Virus record (IMG/VR): IMGVR_UViG_3300037462_000103
Span: 1 to 33,836 of that record
Direction: 5' to 3' (one strand)
DNA length: 33,836 nucleotides
Source of the DNA: a virus
Lineage: Duplodnaviria > Caudoviricetes
This document shows, one piece after another, positions 9,173-17,795 of this stretch (the first letter of the stretch is position 1; each line of letters starts with the position of its first letter). The position numbers were made by a program, and so were the translations under genes. The notes beneath the pieces were generated by a model. It was not told the DNA's origin and made no database searches. It saw only the letters and a program-made list of their open reading frames with translations.

Positions 9173-9646
9173 TCAGTCGAAAATCCCGCCTTTTTCGGCC
9201 TCTTCATCGTCGATCGACGAGATCTCGCCCTCAATGACCGGCTTGGCCCGATCGGCCGCCACGCGCTGCAGCTGCTCGATGGCCTTTGCGATCTCTTCTG
9301 CGGTCATTTCGTGGGCTTCTTTGCCGCCCATGGCCTCGCTGGCGCCTAGCGTGCGGTCCAGAATGACCTTTGATGCCTGGACACGCGCGCCGGCCGCCGC
9401 TTTCGCGTCTGTGGCGATCTCGATCAGGCAGTTAACAGCCGCTGGTAGGGCTTCACGAAACAGGATCTCCTGTTGCTGCCTGGCAATTTCGGCTTGAACG
9501 GCTGGCCTCGCAAGGACGGCGTGCGCTTTCACTTCCGGGTGCTTATACCCCGCTTTGGTGGCCGAATAGGCCTTATCGCCGGTTCTGGCCATATTGTTCA
9601 CAAAAACTCGCTCTTGCGGCGTCCATCGTTCACCTTTTCGGGGCAT
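9173..9646 (-). CDS. Probable terminase small subunit
   Basis: N-terminal TPQERVFV...SATKAGY...AHAVLARPAVQAEI and ARVQASKVILDR segments typical of TerS; first gene of the leftward late unit. Confidence 0.65.
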   Translation of the reverse strand: MPRKGERWTPQERVFVNNMARTGDKAYSATKAGYKHPEVKAHAVLARPAVQAEIARQQQEILFREALPAAVNCLIEIATDAKAAAGARVQASKVILDRTLGASEAMGGKEAHEMTAEEIAKAIEQLQRVAADRAKPVIEGEISSIDDEEAEKGGIFD

Positions 9647-9729
9647 TAACCAAGATCCAGTTAATCTTTACACTGCCAAGATCATAGCGCGAAAATCGCC
9701 AACCGCAAAAATAATTTGTCGTTTGTCTG

Positions 9730-9759
9730 TTGACAGGTGATATACAGGTGACATACATT
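9730..9759 (+). promoter_or_regulatory. Sigma70 promoter overlapped by tandem TGA(C/T)ATACA repeats
   Basis: TTGACA at 9730-9735, TGATATACA 9738-9746, TGACATACA 9749-9757, -10-like TACATT; AAGGAG RBS before ATG 9796. Confidence 0.65.
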
Positions 9760-9795
9760 ATTCGCAGGCAACCAACAAAAAGGAGTGAAACGGCC

Positions 9796-10146
9796 ATGTC
9801 GAAGATAATAACCTTCAAGGCGCCCGCCCTGGACAACGGCAAGATTGTGCATGTTGAAAAGCGCGGTTTCGTCTGCAAGCTCTACGTAGGCAACATTCAA
9901 GAAAAATTCATTCTGCAGCTAAGCGACCTTTTCGAGAACGAAGTCGAATTTTTGACCCACTATGCCAGCGGCAACAAGGTGGGCGCGCTTAACCCGATCA
10001 AGATCCGCAACATGTGCACCCGTGGAACCGCGTCGCGCCTCACAGACCGCGACGCAGCTAAGATCCTTGTTTCCGAATTGGTTGACAAGGTTGGCGCGGA
10101 CAAGGTGTTGCGTGTCATGAAAGCCGCGCCTGTCATCAACGTCTGA
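9796..10146 (+). CDS. Hypothetical protein (first gene of putative early operon)
   Basis: ATG 9796 with AAGGAG RBS; 116 aa. Confidence 0.75.
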   Translation: MSKIITFKAPALDNGKIVHVEKRGFVCKLYVGNIQEKFILQLSDLFENEVEFLTHYASGNKVGALNPIKIRNMCTRGTASRLTDRDAAKILVSELVDKVGADKVLRVMKAAPVINV

Positions 10147-10175
10147 TTTGCCGAACGACACGAAAGGACAAACCC

Positions 10176-10505
10176 ATGTCGAAGATAATACACCCTCACC
10201 CCGCAACGTCTGAAATGCCCGATAACGCTGCAGCGCATGAAGCGCGCGGCGTTGCACCTGCCGACGAAGTTTCCATTCCGAAAAACATTGCGATCTACAT
10301 CACCGACCAATCACACCCCTCACAGCGCGACCAGTTGCCCGAAGGCGCGATCCCGGGTTTCGCTGTGTGCGTCTATCGCCTCAAAGGCCACCGCCCCACA
10401 ACCCGCCTTGAAGGCATGTGGTGCCGCTCCCAGGCACAAGCCGAGCAGATGGCGCAAGAATACGCTCGCCAATACGCCACGATGGCCGCTTGCGGCTGGC
10501 GTTGA
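10176..10505 (+). CDS. Hypothetical protein
   Basis: GAAAGGA RBS, 109 aa, operon position. Confidence 0.7.
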   Translation: MSKIIHPHPATSEMPDNAAAHEARGVAPADEVSIPKNIAIYITDQSHPSQRDQLPEGAIPGFAVCVYRLKGHRPTTRLEGMWCRSQAQAEQMAQEYARQYATMAACGWR

Positions 10506-10507
10506 GT

Positions 10508-10812
10508 GTCTGAAATCACGACCAACAACCCTCACCAACCGACAAGGAACCCAGACCATGCCGACACAAGCGCAGATGTACTACGAGGCAGAACGCAAAG
10601 CCGGAGAACGTGACCGCGCGTTCATGGATCTCGTGAACCACCCAACCAACCCGCTGACGCGCGAGGATCTCGCCCGCAACATTGAACGCCGCCCGGCCTT
10701 GTGGTCGCGCTATGCGGGCTTCCTCGACAAGCTGCCGTCTGGATCCGAATAGCCCCACAGTCTGAAATCACGACCGACAATCCTCACCGACCGACAAGGA
10801 ACCCGACAAATG
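10508..10812 (+). repeat. Two ~50-bp imperfect direct repeats forming gene leaders (10508-10560 and 10760-10812)
   Basis: GTCTGAAATCACGACC(A/G)ACAA(C/T)CCTCACC(A/G)ACCGACAAGGAACCC...ATG precedes two consecutive genes. Confidence 0.9.
10558..10752 (+). CDS. Hypothetical protein (MPTQAQMYYEAERK...)
   Basis: ATG 10558 with AAGGA RBS inside a repeated leader; 64 aa. Confidence 0.7.
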   Translation: MPTQAQMYYEAERKAGERDRAFMDLVNHPTNPLTREDLARNIERRPALWSRYAGFLDKLPSGSE

Positions 10813-11304
10813 ACCATCACCGCTGAACAACTCGTCGCCCGCGAAGTCCACTATTGCGTTTCTTCGCTCGTCTCCACGCTGGCCTCTGGCTACGGAGCCG
10901 TTGACGGCTCTCGCGGCGCTAAGGCGCATGGCGACCTGTCAGACGCCACAGAGCAGGCTATGGAGCTTTGCAGCCCGATCCTCGACTACGAGGACGCGGC
11001 ACGCGATGCTGGCTTTGAGCGCTCTGATGCTGGCCACCTGATCCGCTACCCGACCGACCGCGACGCAGAGACGGCCGATAGTTGGGAGGAAGCTTGCGAA
11101 ATCGCAGAGGTGGAACCCTACGAGCGCGAAGTCTACGAACATTGGATCGTTTCCGACTGGCTGGCCGATCATCTGGCCAAGCGTGGCGAAAAGGTCGACA
11201 AGGACTTTTGCGGCCTGACGGTCTGGGCTCGCACCACAACAGGCCAAGCCATCGCGAACGATTACGTGATCGATGACATCTTGCGCGAACTGTCGGAGGG
11301 TTGA
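10810..11304 (+). CDS. Hypothetical acidic phage protein
   Basis: 164 aa with EVYEHWIVSDWLA..L...GE and VWARTTTGQAI segments; good RBS. Confidence 0.8.
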   Translation: MTITAEQLVAREVHYCVSSLVSTLASGYGAVDGSRGAKAHGDLSDATEQAMELCSPILDYEDAARDAGFERSDAGHLIRYPTDRDAETADSWEEACEIAEVEPYEREVYEHWIVSDWLADHLAKRGEKVDKDFCGLTVWARTTTGQAIANDYVIDDILRELSEG

Positions 11305-11307
11305 ACG

Positions 11308-11565
11308 ATGACCGATATAGAAATCAGCATCCCCGTTGTCACCGTTGCGACTGTATCGTTCTCGATCGACAAAGCCGATTGGGAGGCTATGGCCGACGAT
11401 CAGAAGCGCGCAGCTATCGCGGATCGTGTCGAGAGCACCCACTACGAGCTGCAGGGCGATGTTCTGCGATTTCAACGCGCCAACGTATACCTCGAAATCG
11501 TATCGCCCGCTGAAGACGGCGACATCGATCTGGACCAGATCGAGGCTTACGACCCCGAAGCCTGA
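11308..11565 (+). CDS. Hypothetical strongly acidic protein
   Basis: 85 aa, GGAGG RBS, D/E-rich. Confidence 0.7.
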   Translation: MTDIEISIPVVTVATVSFSIDKADWEAMADDQKRAAIADRVESTHYELQGDVLRFQRANVYLEIVSPAEDGDIDLDQIEAYDPEA

Positions 11566-11621
11566 TCGCGCCCGCATTGTCTCGTTTGCGCCGTGCAATT
11601 ATAACCCACAGGAGATGCACC

Positions 11622-11831
11622 ATGGTTCGGCCGTACCACCCCGACAACCTCGAATGCCACTTCATCAGCAAGGAAGCTTACCACTACGTCCTGCCCGTGC
11701 CTGGGATGCGCAAGCATCTGTTGCGCCGCTGCGGGCCCGACTGGGAGCAGTTCAGTTTCATCGGAACGCGAGATGACTGGCGCGACTTCCAACGTCGATG
11801 CGCTTTCCTTAACGATAGCGTGGCCACATGA
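11622..11831 (+). CDS. Hypothetical protein
   Basis: ATG 11622 with AGGAG RBS; 69 aa. Confidence 0.6.
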   Translation: MVRPYHPDNLECHFISKEAYHYVLPVPGMRKHLLRRCGPDWEQFSFIGTRDDWRDFQRRCAFLNDSVAT

Positions 11832-11923
11832 TCTGGCTTCTCATGTTCGGCGGGGTTGTCGTCATACTGTCGGCCCCTGCTTTGATCGTCGGACGGATTG
11901 TCCGGCATTGCTTCCGAAGATTT

Positions 11924-11952
11924 GGGTCGCCGTAGAGGCGGCCCTTTTGTTT
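11924..11952 (+). terminator. Intrinsic terminator of the rightward operon
   Basis: GGGTCGCC-GTAGA-GGCGGCCC followed by TTTTGTTT. Confidence 0.75.
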
Positions 11953-11995
11953 ATGCGTTCGGCCTCTCCCTTTTGCCTTTTCCCTGACATACAGA

Positions 11996-12166
11996 TGTGA
12001 GGCGCTTGAGGTTTGTGAGTTGTGAGGACTTCTATATAGTCGTCCTCACAATCCTCACAATTTGCCTTGCTCGACCCTCACTAAAACTCACAATTCCTCA
12101 CATTCCTATAAGCCATTGATTTCTAAGCGAATATGCTTTCCTCACAATCGCCTAACAAATCCTCAC
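11996..12166. repeat. Iteron/inverted-repeat array, candidate replication origin
   Basis: TTGTGAGGAC (12020-12029) and GTCCTCACAA (12042-12051) flank palindromic CTATATAG; further GTGAG copies on the left and CTCAC copies on the right; AT-rich; directly downstream of the primase-helicase gene. Confidence 0.7.
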
Positions 12167-14231
12167 TATCGATTTTGCGCTCCGAGAGCCAAAAGCCACG
12201 CGCCTTCTGCGAAATAAGCCCTTTTGCCTTCAATCCGCGTATGTGTTGATTGAGCGTGTCGCGCGTCATTCCGGACAAATTGTCCTTGCACCATGCTTCC
12301 AGATCCTTCGTCTTAGCGCCGCGATCCGGCTTATCGGACGTCTCGGAGATCGTCTCGATAGCATCCAGCACCGCCTGTTCGCCTTCCGTCGGCTCCCGCT
12401 TTCTGCCAGCCGTAACGGCATCCAGGCGCACCGTGCAAGACGTGATCGGATCGTTTTGCTTATCGAGCCCCAACTTGTGAACCTCAAGTGAAAAGGCCGA
12501 CGACCAGGCTTTGTCCAGGTCTCGTTGTTTCGTGACCTGAATAAGCCCCTCGGAGACTTCGAGTTCGGTATCGGTAGCAGCACGCAAGGATGAATGCCCA
12601 CGCGCTCCCTTGGCCCTGTCCTTGCCTGTGTGATGCACGATCATGACATGGGTGTCGATCGCGGCCTGGATCTCGCCCACGTTCTTGACGATAGCGCCCA
12701 TGTCGACCACAGAGTTTTCATCGCCGCCGGCAAGCGCTCGAGCCAACGTGTCGACGACGACAAGGCCGATCTTATGGCGCCCTGTGTCTTCGGCCTTCAG
12801 CAGTTCGATAAAAGCGTTTAGATCAATTTTCGGATTGCGGAGGTCTACTGCAGACTTGAGCAACCGGAACGGCGGTTCCTCGCCCGGATTGTACTTCGCC
12901 TTGAGCGCCTTCACGCGCTTGCTGGCCCCGCGGCCGCCTTCCATGGCAACATAGAGCACGCCCATCTGTTGCGTCCACATACCAGCATAGGGGCGACCGG
13001 TGGCGATGTGGTAGGCCATATCCATGGCGACGAACGTCTTGCCCACGTTGCTGTCGCCGTAAAGCACGCTCATGGCGCCCTGGTCGAGCAAACCCTTGAT
13101 CAGCGGATCTGCCATGTCGTCGAGTGCTTCCTCGGCGGCCTCATAGAACCCGACCGTCTTGAACTTCGTCTGCGGGGTCTTGGAAGCGTTTAGCTCAACA
13201 TCGGCGCCAAAGAGTTCTTCGCCAAGGCTGCGCACCGTTTCATCACGGAACCATGTCTCAGCTTGGATCCGGTCGCGCTTCTCCTTATATGCCTTATCGC
13301 CGTGCTGCTCGGCGAGCGACAGGATATAGTCGGCGCCGAGCGCAAACGGCGGCTGCAGACTGTTGTAGGCTCGTGTCGGATCCTCGGTGAGCTCGTCATC
13401 CGGTAAGCGCTCCGAGAACTCGCAGAAGATATCGAGGCCGACGTAAGGATCATCTTGACACGCCCCGCGAATGCCGGCGGCTATCTTGATCCAATCGTCA
13501 TAGCGGAACCTGCCGTCGTTCGGGATAGCACGTACGGCCTCGGCGATCTCTTCCAGATTGCCCTTCAGGCTTTCCTGATCAACGGCCTCACGGTCGATCT
13601 GCGTCGAGCCTGCGCCTTGCGCCTTCGGAAGATCCTTGGCGAGACGCGCGAAGAACTCCGATATCTGTTCCTCGGTGACTGTGGTCAATTGGCTGGCGTG
13701 CGGTATGCCCTCCGGCCACGTATAGGGCTTGCCGGTCACGGGATGCGTGCCGATCGCCACGAACCACTTTGTCCCGTCGCCACCCGACAGGCACTCGACG
13801 AGGCCGGGCTTCGCAGGATCGACGCCATCGTCGAAGCGGACCTGGCGGTAATCGATGCGGTCAGCAGCCCGGTAAACCAAAAGGCATTTAGGTGAACGGC
13901 CGATGCGGACGGGGGCTGGTCCGAGAACCTTGAGAGCCGCCTTGTGGACCTTGGCGGCCCACTCCGGGCTCATGCTGTCGATGTCGATCGCGATGAACTT
14001 GCCATTGCACCGGATGCCGGCGCCTCCACCCCAGCCGTTCCACATGTCGGCCTGTTGCAGTGTGGCGCCGTCGAACTCGCGCACGCCGACGCCATACCAG
14101 CCGTTCGGTCCCTTGCGGCCCGGACGCTTGCCCGCTTCGCGAACAGGCTCACCGGGCGGAATGACGCAGAGCAGGTGATCGTAACCAAGGTCGAGCAGCT
14201 GACGGAATTTGTTTGCTGGTGTCATGTTCAT
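12123..14231 (-). CDS. Bifunctional primase-polymerase / PriCT-2 / AAA_25 (RepA-like) helicase
   Basis: N-terminal AEP-type IAIDID and GTHPVTGKPYTW; YDDWIKIAAGI PriCT-like; Walker A GDSNVGKT, LVVVDTLAR, IVHHTGKD..KGARGHSSL; C-terminal wHTH-like region. Confidence 0.9.
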   Translation of the reverse strand: MNMTPANKFRQLLDLGYDHLLCVIPPGEPVREAGKRPGRKGPNGWYGVGVREFDGATLQQADMWNGWGGGAGIRCNGKFIAIDIDSMSPEWAAKVHKAALKVLGPAPVRIGRSPKCLLVYRAADRIDYRQVRFDDGVDPAKPGLVECLSGGDGTKWFVAIGTHPVTGKPYTWPEGIPHASQLTTVTEEQISEFFARLAKDLPKAQGAGSTQIDREAVDQESLKGNLEEIAEAVRAIPNDGRFRYDDWIKIAAGIRGACQDDPYVGLDIFCEFSERLPDDELTEDPTRAYNSLQPPFALGADYILSLAEQHGDKAYKEKRDRIQAETWFRDETVRSLGEELFGADVELNASKTPQTKFKTVGFYEAAEEALDDMADPLIKGLLDQGAMSVLYGDSNVGKTFVAMDMAYHIATGRPYAGMWTQQMGVLYVAMEGGRGASKRVKALKAKYNPGEEPPFRLLKSAVDLRNPKIDLNAFIELLKAEDTGRHKIGLVVVDTLARALAGGDENSVVDMGAIVKNVGEIQAAIDTHVMIVHHTGKDRAKGARGHSSLRAATDTELEVSEGLIQVTKQRDLDKAWSSAFSLEVHKLGLDKQNDPITSCTVRLDAVTAGRKREPTEGEQAVLDAIETISETSDKPDRGAKTKDLEAWCKDNLSGMTRDTLNQHIRGLKAKGLISQKARGFWLSERKIDSEDLLGDCEESIFA

Positions 14232-14776
14232 TATTCCGCATCCCGCCTGTTGCGACGGCGCCAGGCGCTGTCATCGCCAGCAGCCCGCCACTCCTCTTCG
14301 CTGTCGTAAAGACGGCAAAGGCGTTCGTCCTGAAGCTTCTCGACGCTGACGAATTGACGCTCTGTCGGTCTGCCGTCGAGCCAAGAGAACAGGCGCACGA
14401 CATAGCGATCAGGCCCGCCGCCCATGATCTGAAACTGGTGCTGCGCGAAGGCTTCGCCGTCGATCCACTGCAACGAATGGCCGAACGTTCCGAAGAGCGG
14501 GTCCATAGGCTCGGGCGGGATGATCTTCGGGCCTTTCGGCACGTAATCGACGTCCTTGTTCGACTTGCCGCTGTTGCATTCCCAACAGGCCGTGACGAGA
14601 TTGTCGATCTCATTGCTGCCGCCCTTGGAGACGGCGACCTTGTGATCGCACTCGATGATGACCTGTGGCGAGGAACGGCCGCAATAGACGCAGGTGAAGT
14701 TGTCCCGCCGGAACACGTCGAAGCGTACGCCCTGCGGAATGATGTCCCGCTTCGGGCCTCGGTTTTTCTTTTTCAT
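14231..14776 (-). CDS. HNH endonuclease with extra C-terminal domain
   Basis: RFDVFRRDNFTCVYCG...ECDHKVAVSKGGSNEIDNLVTACWECNSGK. Confidence 0.9.
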   Translation of the reverse strand: MKKKNRGPKRDIIPQGVRFDVFRRDNFTCVYCGRSSPQVIIECDHKVAVSKGGSNEIDNLVTACWECNSGKSNKDVDYVPKGPKIIPPEPMDPLFGTFGHSLQWIDGEAFAQHQFQIMGGGPDRYVVRLFSWLDGRPTERQFVSVEKLQDERLCRLYDSEEEWRAAGDDSAWRRRNRRDAE

Positions 14777-14964
14777 TCCCCGCCCTCCTGCGTCGAAGCC
14801 GCACGTTCAGCCCGCGTCACGAGTTCCAGGATCGCAGCCGACTTGACGACCGGCTCCAGCGAGGCCACCGTCTGCAGCTGGCCTATGAGGGTGTCGAAGG
14901 CATGAGCCTTCTTTCGGAGCCGGGCGACATGCTCCCGCGTCCGCTGTGTCTGTGATTTTGCCAT
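14773..14964 (-). CDS. Hypothetical small basic protein
   Basis: 63 aa, AGAGG RBS, ATGA overlap with the downstream HNH gene. Confidence 0.65.
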   Translation of the reverse strand: MAKSQTQRTREHVARLRKKAHAFDTLIGQLQTVASLEPVVKSAAILELVTRAERAASTQEGGE

Positions 14965-15038
14965 GATGACCTCTTGTAGTAGCTATGTACTACCTATTTG
15001 ATTTGTAGGCCGCCGTCAACCGACAACCAACAGACAAA

Positions 15039-15284
15039 TCATGCCAGCCCGCGATCGCGAAGCTCTTTTCGCGCTCGCTGTGCCGGCCGCCCCGTTCCTG
15101 CGGCGAGCCGCTTCAGCTTGTCGAGCCGCCAGGCGTCACGCTCGGGGTCCGGCGTGCCTCTGTACTCGATCGCGCACGCTGCGTGCTGAACGCGGAACTT
15201 GCCTTTGAACAATTCGAAATGGCCGTCGCCAGCAGGAACGTGCTGCCCGCAGCGATAACAGGTGCCGGGGAACTTGTTCCTCAT
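15039..15284 (-). CDS. Hypothetical zinc-finger protein
   Basis: MRNKFPGTCYRCG...HAAC motif. Confidence 0.7.
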   Translation of the reverse strand: MRNKFPGTCYRCGQHVPAGDGHFELFKGKFRVQHAACAIEYRGTPDPERDAWRLDKLKRLAAGTGRPAQRARKELRDRGLA

Positions 15285-15625
15285 GCCGGTTCTCCCACCT
15301 TCACAGGCGCATCGGCCGACATGAACGCTTCGGGCGTAAGCTTATGGAGAGGCCGGAAGCGGTAGGTCCTAAAGCAGGCTTCGCTGAGACCGCTGGCGTA
15401 ATCGCGCGGCTCGTTCACAATCTCATTCAGCCGAATGCATACGTTTCCAAGGTCGCCAAGGCCAACCCACCTTACGGTGTACACGACACCTCTGACTGGG
15501 AACGTTTCTTCGGGCAGAGGCGGCCGAGACCATTCGTCGTCCACCAACACAACATGCTGCCCGACCTCGAAGGCACAATATGTGCCGTTGTCTGCTTGTG
15601 TCGACCTACTATCTTTGATACTCAT
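15281..15625 (-). CDS. Hypothetical protein (SH3-like beta domain possible)
   Basis: ATG 15625 with AAAGGA RBS; FEVGQHVVLVDD...GVVYTVR...RFRPL pattern. Confidence 0.65.
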   Translation of the reverse strand: MSIKDSRSTQADNGTYCAFEVGQHVVLVDDEWSRPPLPEETFPVRGVVYTVRWVGLGDLGNVCIRLNEIVNEPRDYASGLSEACFRTYRFRPLHKLTPEAFMSADAPVKVGEPA

Positions 15626-15750
15626 GTCGGTGTTCCTTTCAGTCGGTGAAGGGTTCTTGTCGGTGAGGGCGGTGATCGGAAACGGTCGCCGCCTTTGTCT
15701 TTGGCAAGACAAACACTGTAGGCTATTGTCCGGCCTTGTGGGAAGCGAAA

Positions 15751-16212
15751 TCAGACATCGCGTTTGCGAAGAACGATCTCGTATCCCAGGACTTCCGCAA
15801 CGGCCTTGAACAGCGACAGCCGCGGATCGTTGTGTCCTTTCTTCCAGCGCGACAGCACATTCCACGACACGCCGGCCTTGGCTGCCACGTCTTCCTGGGT
15901 GACGCGCTGGTCCCACATCTCGTCGAAGATCTGCCGGATCAACGGCTCCCCGGTGACGATCGCGTTTCGACTGTCCAGCTTGCGGACCTTTTCCTTCGGC
16001 TCGCGGGGCTTCATCCGGGCCGCCTTGCGGCGCTCGACGGCTTCGCGCTTGCGCCGCTGGTATGCCTCGACGGCCTTCTCGCTGTCGTAGATCACGACGG
16101 CGCTCTTGCTGATCTTCAGCTTCTCGGCGACCTGGCGCTGCGTCATGCCGCCTTCCCGGAGCCGATGGATCTCGGCAACCACGTCGTCGGTTATCGCTCT
16201 ATGCCGGCCCAT
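15751..16212 (-). CDS. Two-domain HTH regulator (N-terminal HTH plus C-terminal XRE-type HTH)
   Basis: ATG 16212 with GGGAGG RBS; MTQRQVAEKLKISKSAV and VTQEDVAAKAGVSWNVLSRWKKG..DPRL. Confidence 0.8.
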   Translation of the reverse strand: MGRHRAITDDVVAEIHRLREGGMTQRQVAEKLKISKSAVVIYDSEKAVEAYQRRKREAVERRKAARMKPREPKEKVRKLDSRNAIVTGEPLIRQIFDEMWDQRVTQEDVAAKAGVSWNVLSRWKKGHNDPRLSLFKAVAEVLGYEIVLRKRDV

Positions 16213-16459
16213 GGCTCGCCCTCCCGCGCTTCCATTCCCGAACCGCCGCCCGTCGCTTCTCCATTTTCGCCGGATCGGACTTGATCTTCTGCCAGGTGTT
16301 TGCATCGCGAAGCCGCACCGCGTCTTCGTTCGCATCGGACAGATACTTCCAGGCAGTGCCGGGACTGACGCCGACCCGGCGGGCGATCTTCGCAAGCGTC
16401 AACCCGCGGCGTCTGAGCAGGCGGATCTCCTTGACCATGGCTGTTGTGACGACCGTCAT
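16199..16459 (-). CDS. HTH DNA-binding protein
   Basis: GLTLAKIARRVGVSPGTAWKYL; AGGAGG RBS. Confidence 0.75.
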   Translation of the reverse strand: MTVVTTAMVKEIRLLRRRGLTLAKIARRVGVSPGTAWKYLSDANEDAVRLRDANTWQKIKSDPAKMEKRRAAVREWKRGRASHGPA

Positions 16460-16707
16460 GCCTGCCGCCTCCTATAATCGCGCATGTAAGCCAGATAGGC
16501 CGCCCAGCGCTCAGGATCTGCCTTGATCCGGTAGTACCGTGCGACTTGCCGGCGGCGGTGCAGATCGTTCGAATGGGAGTTCAGATGGCGCTGCACCGAT
16601 GAGGTCGCGACGTTGAAGTGCTCGGCGATCTCGGGGCAGGTCAGCCCTTCCTGCCGCAGCCGCTGCATGTCCTTGACCATCCGGGCAGTGATGCGTTTCC
16701 ACTTCAT
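16456..16707 (-). CDS. HTH DNA-binding protein
   Basis: GLTCPEIAEHFNVATSSVQRHL; GGAGG RBS. Confidence 0.75.
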   Translation of the reverse strand: MKWKRITARMVKDMQRLRQEGLTCPEIAEHFNVATSSVQRHLNSHSNDLHRRRQVARYYRIKADPERWAAYLAYMRDYRRRQA

Positions 16708-17024
16708 GTCTCGCCCTCCAACGCCGTCCGGGCGATCTCGACCGAGCCCGGCTCGTCGAAGCTTGCGTAGGAGCCGGTTGCCCGCAGGTAAGCGCTGGCA
16801 GCCGCGTCGTCATAGGCGGCGATCTTCTTGAGGGCTGCGTACATGGTTGGCGCGAGCTCAAGGAGCTTCGCATTTTCCTCTGCGTCCATGCCTACGATGT
16901 AGGCTAGAACGAAACTGTCCTCGCCCCATTCCACCGGCACAACAGGGCCGCAGATAAATGGGTGAGGATGCGCACCTTTCTCGTGCCGCGTCCAAGGGCC
17001 GGGAGTATGTTTGATTTCAGACAT
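16704..17024 (-). CDS. Hypothetical protein (KHTPGPW-type)
   Basis: ATG 17024, AGGAGG RBS; KHTPGPW and ENAKLLELAPTM..AL motifs common in small phage proteins. Confidence 0.75.
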   Translation of the reverse strand: MSEIKHTPGPWTRHEKGAHPHPFICGPVVPVEWGEDSFVLAYIVGMDAEENAKLLELAPTMYAALKKIAAYDDAAASAYLRATGSYASFDEPGSVEIARTALEGET

Positions 17025-17182
17025 CAGCACCCCTCCTGGCAAATCAGGGCTTCGCGCTTGTAATGCGCATCGGCCGATACGAGGGCGCCGCCGAGGCCGA
17101 ATATGACGCTCAAGCAGAGCGCGGCGACGATCGTGTCCGTCAACGTCGGTCGCAAAACCAGACGCTTGTTATACTGTAACAT
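17024..17182 (-). CDS. Small membrane protein, 52 aa (below ORF-track cutoff)
   Basis: MLQYNKRLVLRPTLTDTIVAALCLSVIFGLGGALVSADAHYKREALICQEGC; GAAGGA RBS; TGATG overlap with next gene. Confidence 0.65.
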   Translation of the reverse strand: MLQYNKRLVLRPTLTDTIVAALCLSVIFGLGGALVSADAHYKREALICQEGC

Positions 17183-17194
17183 GGTTCTGATCCT

Positions 17195-17296
17195 TCACAT
17201 GATGTGCAACAGAAAGGCCGAGTAGACGGCCACGATGACCAGGGCCGCGATGTTCTTCGCGATCCGGTAGTCCTTGGGTGCTATGAGGGGCTTCAA
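17195..17296 (-). CDS. Small membrane protein, 33 aa (TTG start)
   Basis: MKPLIAPKDYRIAKNIAALVIVAVYSAFLLHIM; GGAGG RBS; TTGA overlap with upstream stop. Confidence 0.55.
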   Translation of the reverse strand: MKPLIAPKDYRIAKNIAALVIVAVYSAFLLHIM

Positions 17297-17445
17297 TTTC
17301 GTCCCTCCAGCTTGAACCAGCCGGTCAGTTCGGCCGGGTCGATGGCGGGCTGTTCGGCGCGGCGGTCGAGCACTGCGAACAGAATGGCGAGTGCGAGTGC
17401 AGCGAGCAGGATGACAGCCGATTTGGTGAGAGGACGGTCAACCAT
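17293..17445 (-). CDS. Small membrane protein, 50 aa
   Basis: MVDRPLTKSAVILLAALALAILFAVLDRR...; single TM. Confidence 0.6.
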   Translation of the reverse strand: MVDRPLTKSAVILLAALALAILFAVLDRRAEQPAIDPAELTGWFKLEGRN

Positions 17446-17782
17446 GCCGCACCACCTTGGCGCGGGCTCGCTGCGCTTTGGCGATTTCGACAAGTTGGTT
17501 CCAAGCGCCGACTAGGATGCGCGCGTGCTGCGGGCTGTTCGGGCTCATTCCAGTATGGGCGAGTACAGTTCCGGTGCCCTCAATGTAGACGCCGTGAATT
17601 GCGGTTTCTTCGTCGGCAATGCCGAAATGCTCTCGCGTGATGCGCATAGTGTCCAGCAGGTCGGAAGCGTGCTTCTCGTCGGGCTGCGTCAGCGACACAC
17701 CCCATTCCACCACGCCGATAGCGAGCAGGCTGTCGACCACGTCGGTCGGGAGCTCATAGGCTACCTGATCTTTCTCTTTCAT
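17438..17782 (-). CDS. Hypothetical protein
   Basis: ATG 17782 (MKEKDQVAYELP) with AAAGGA RBS in a repeated leader. Confidence 0.7.
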   Translation of the reverse strand: MKEKDQVAYELPTDVVDSLLAIGVVEWGVSLTQPDEKHASDLLDTMRITREHFGIADEETAIHGVYIEGTGTVLAHTGMSPNSPQHARILVGAWNQLVEIAKAQRARAKVVRHG

Positions 17783-17795
17783 GTCGGTGTTCCTT

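Noticed and set aside
10508-10812. Repeats as a CRISPR array
   Set aside because: Only two adjacent copies, separated by a whole gene, and they contain an RBS; no regular repeat-spacer period.
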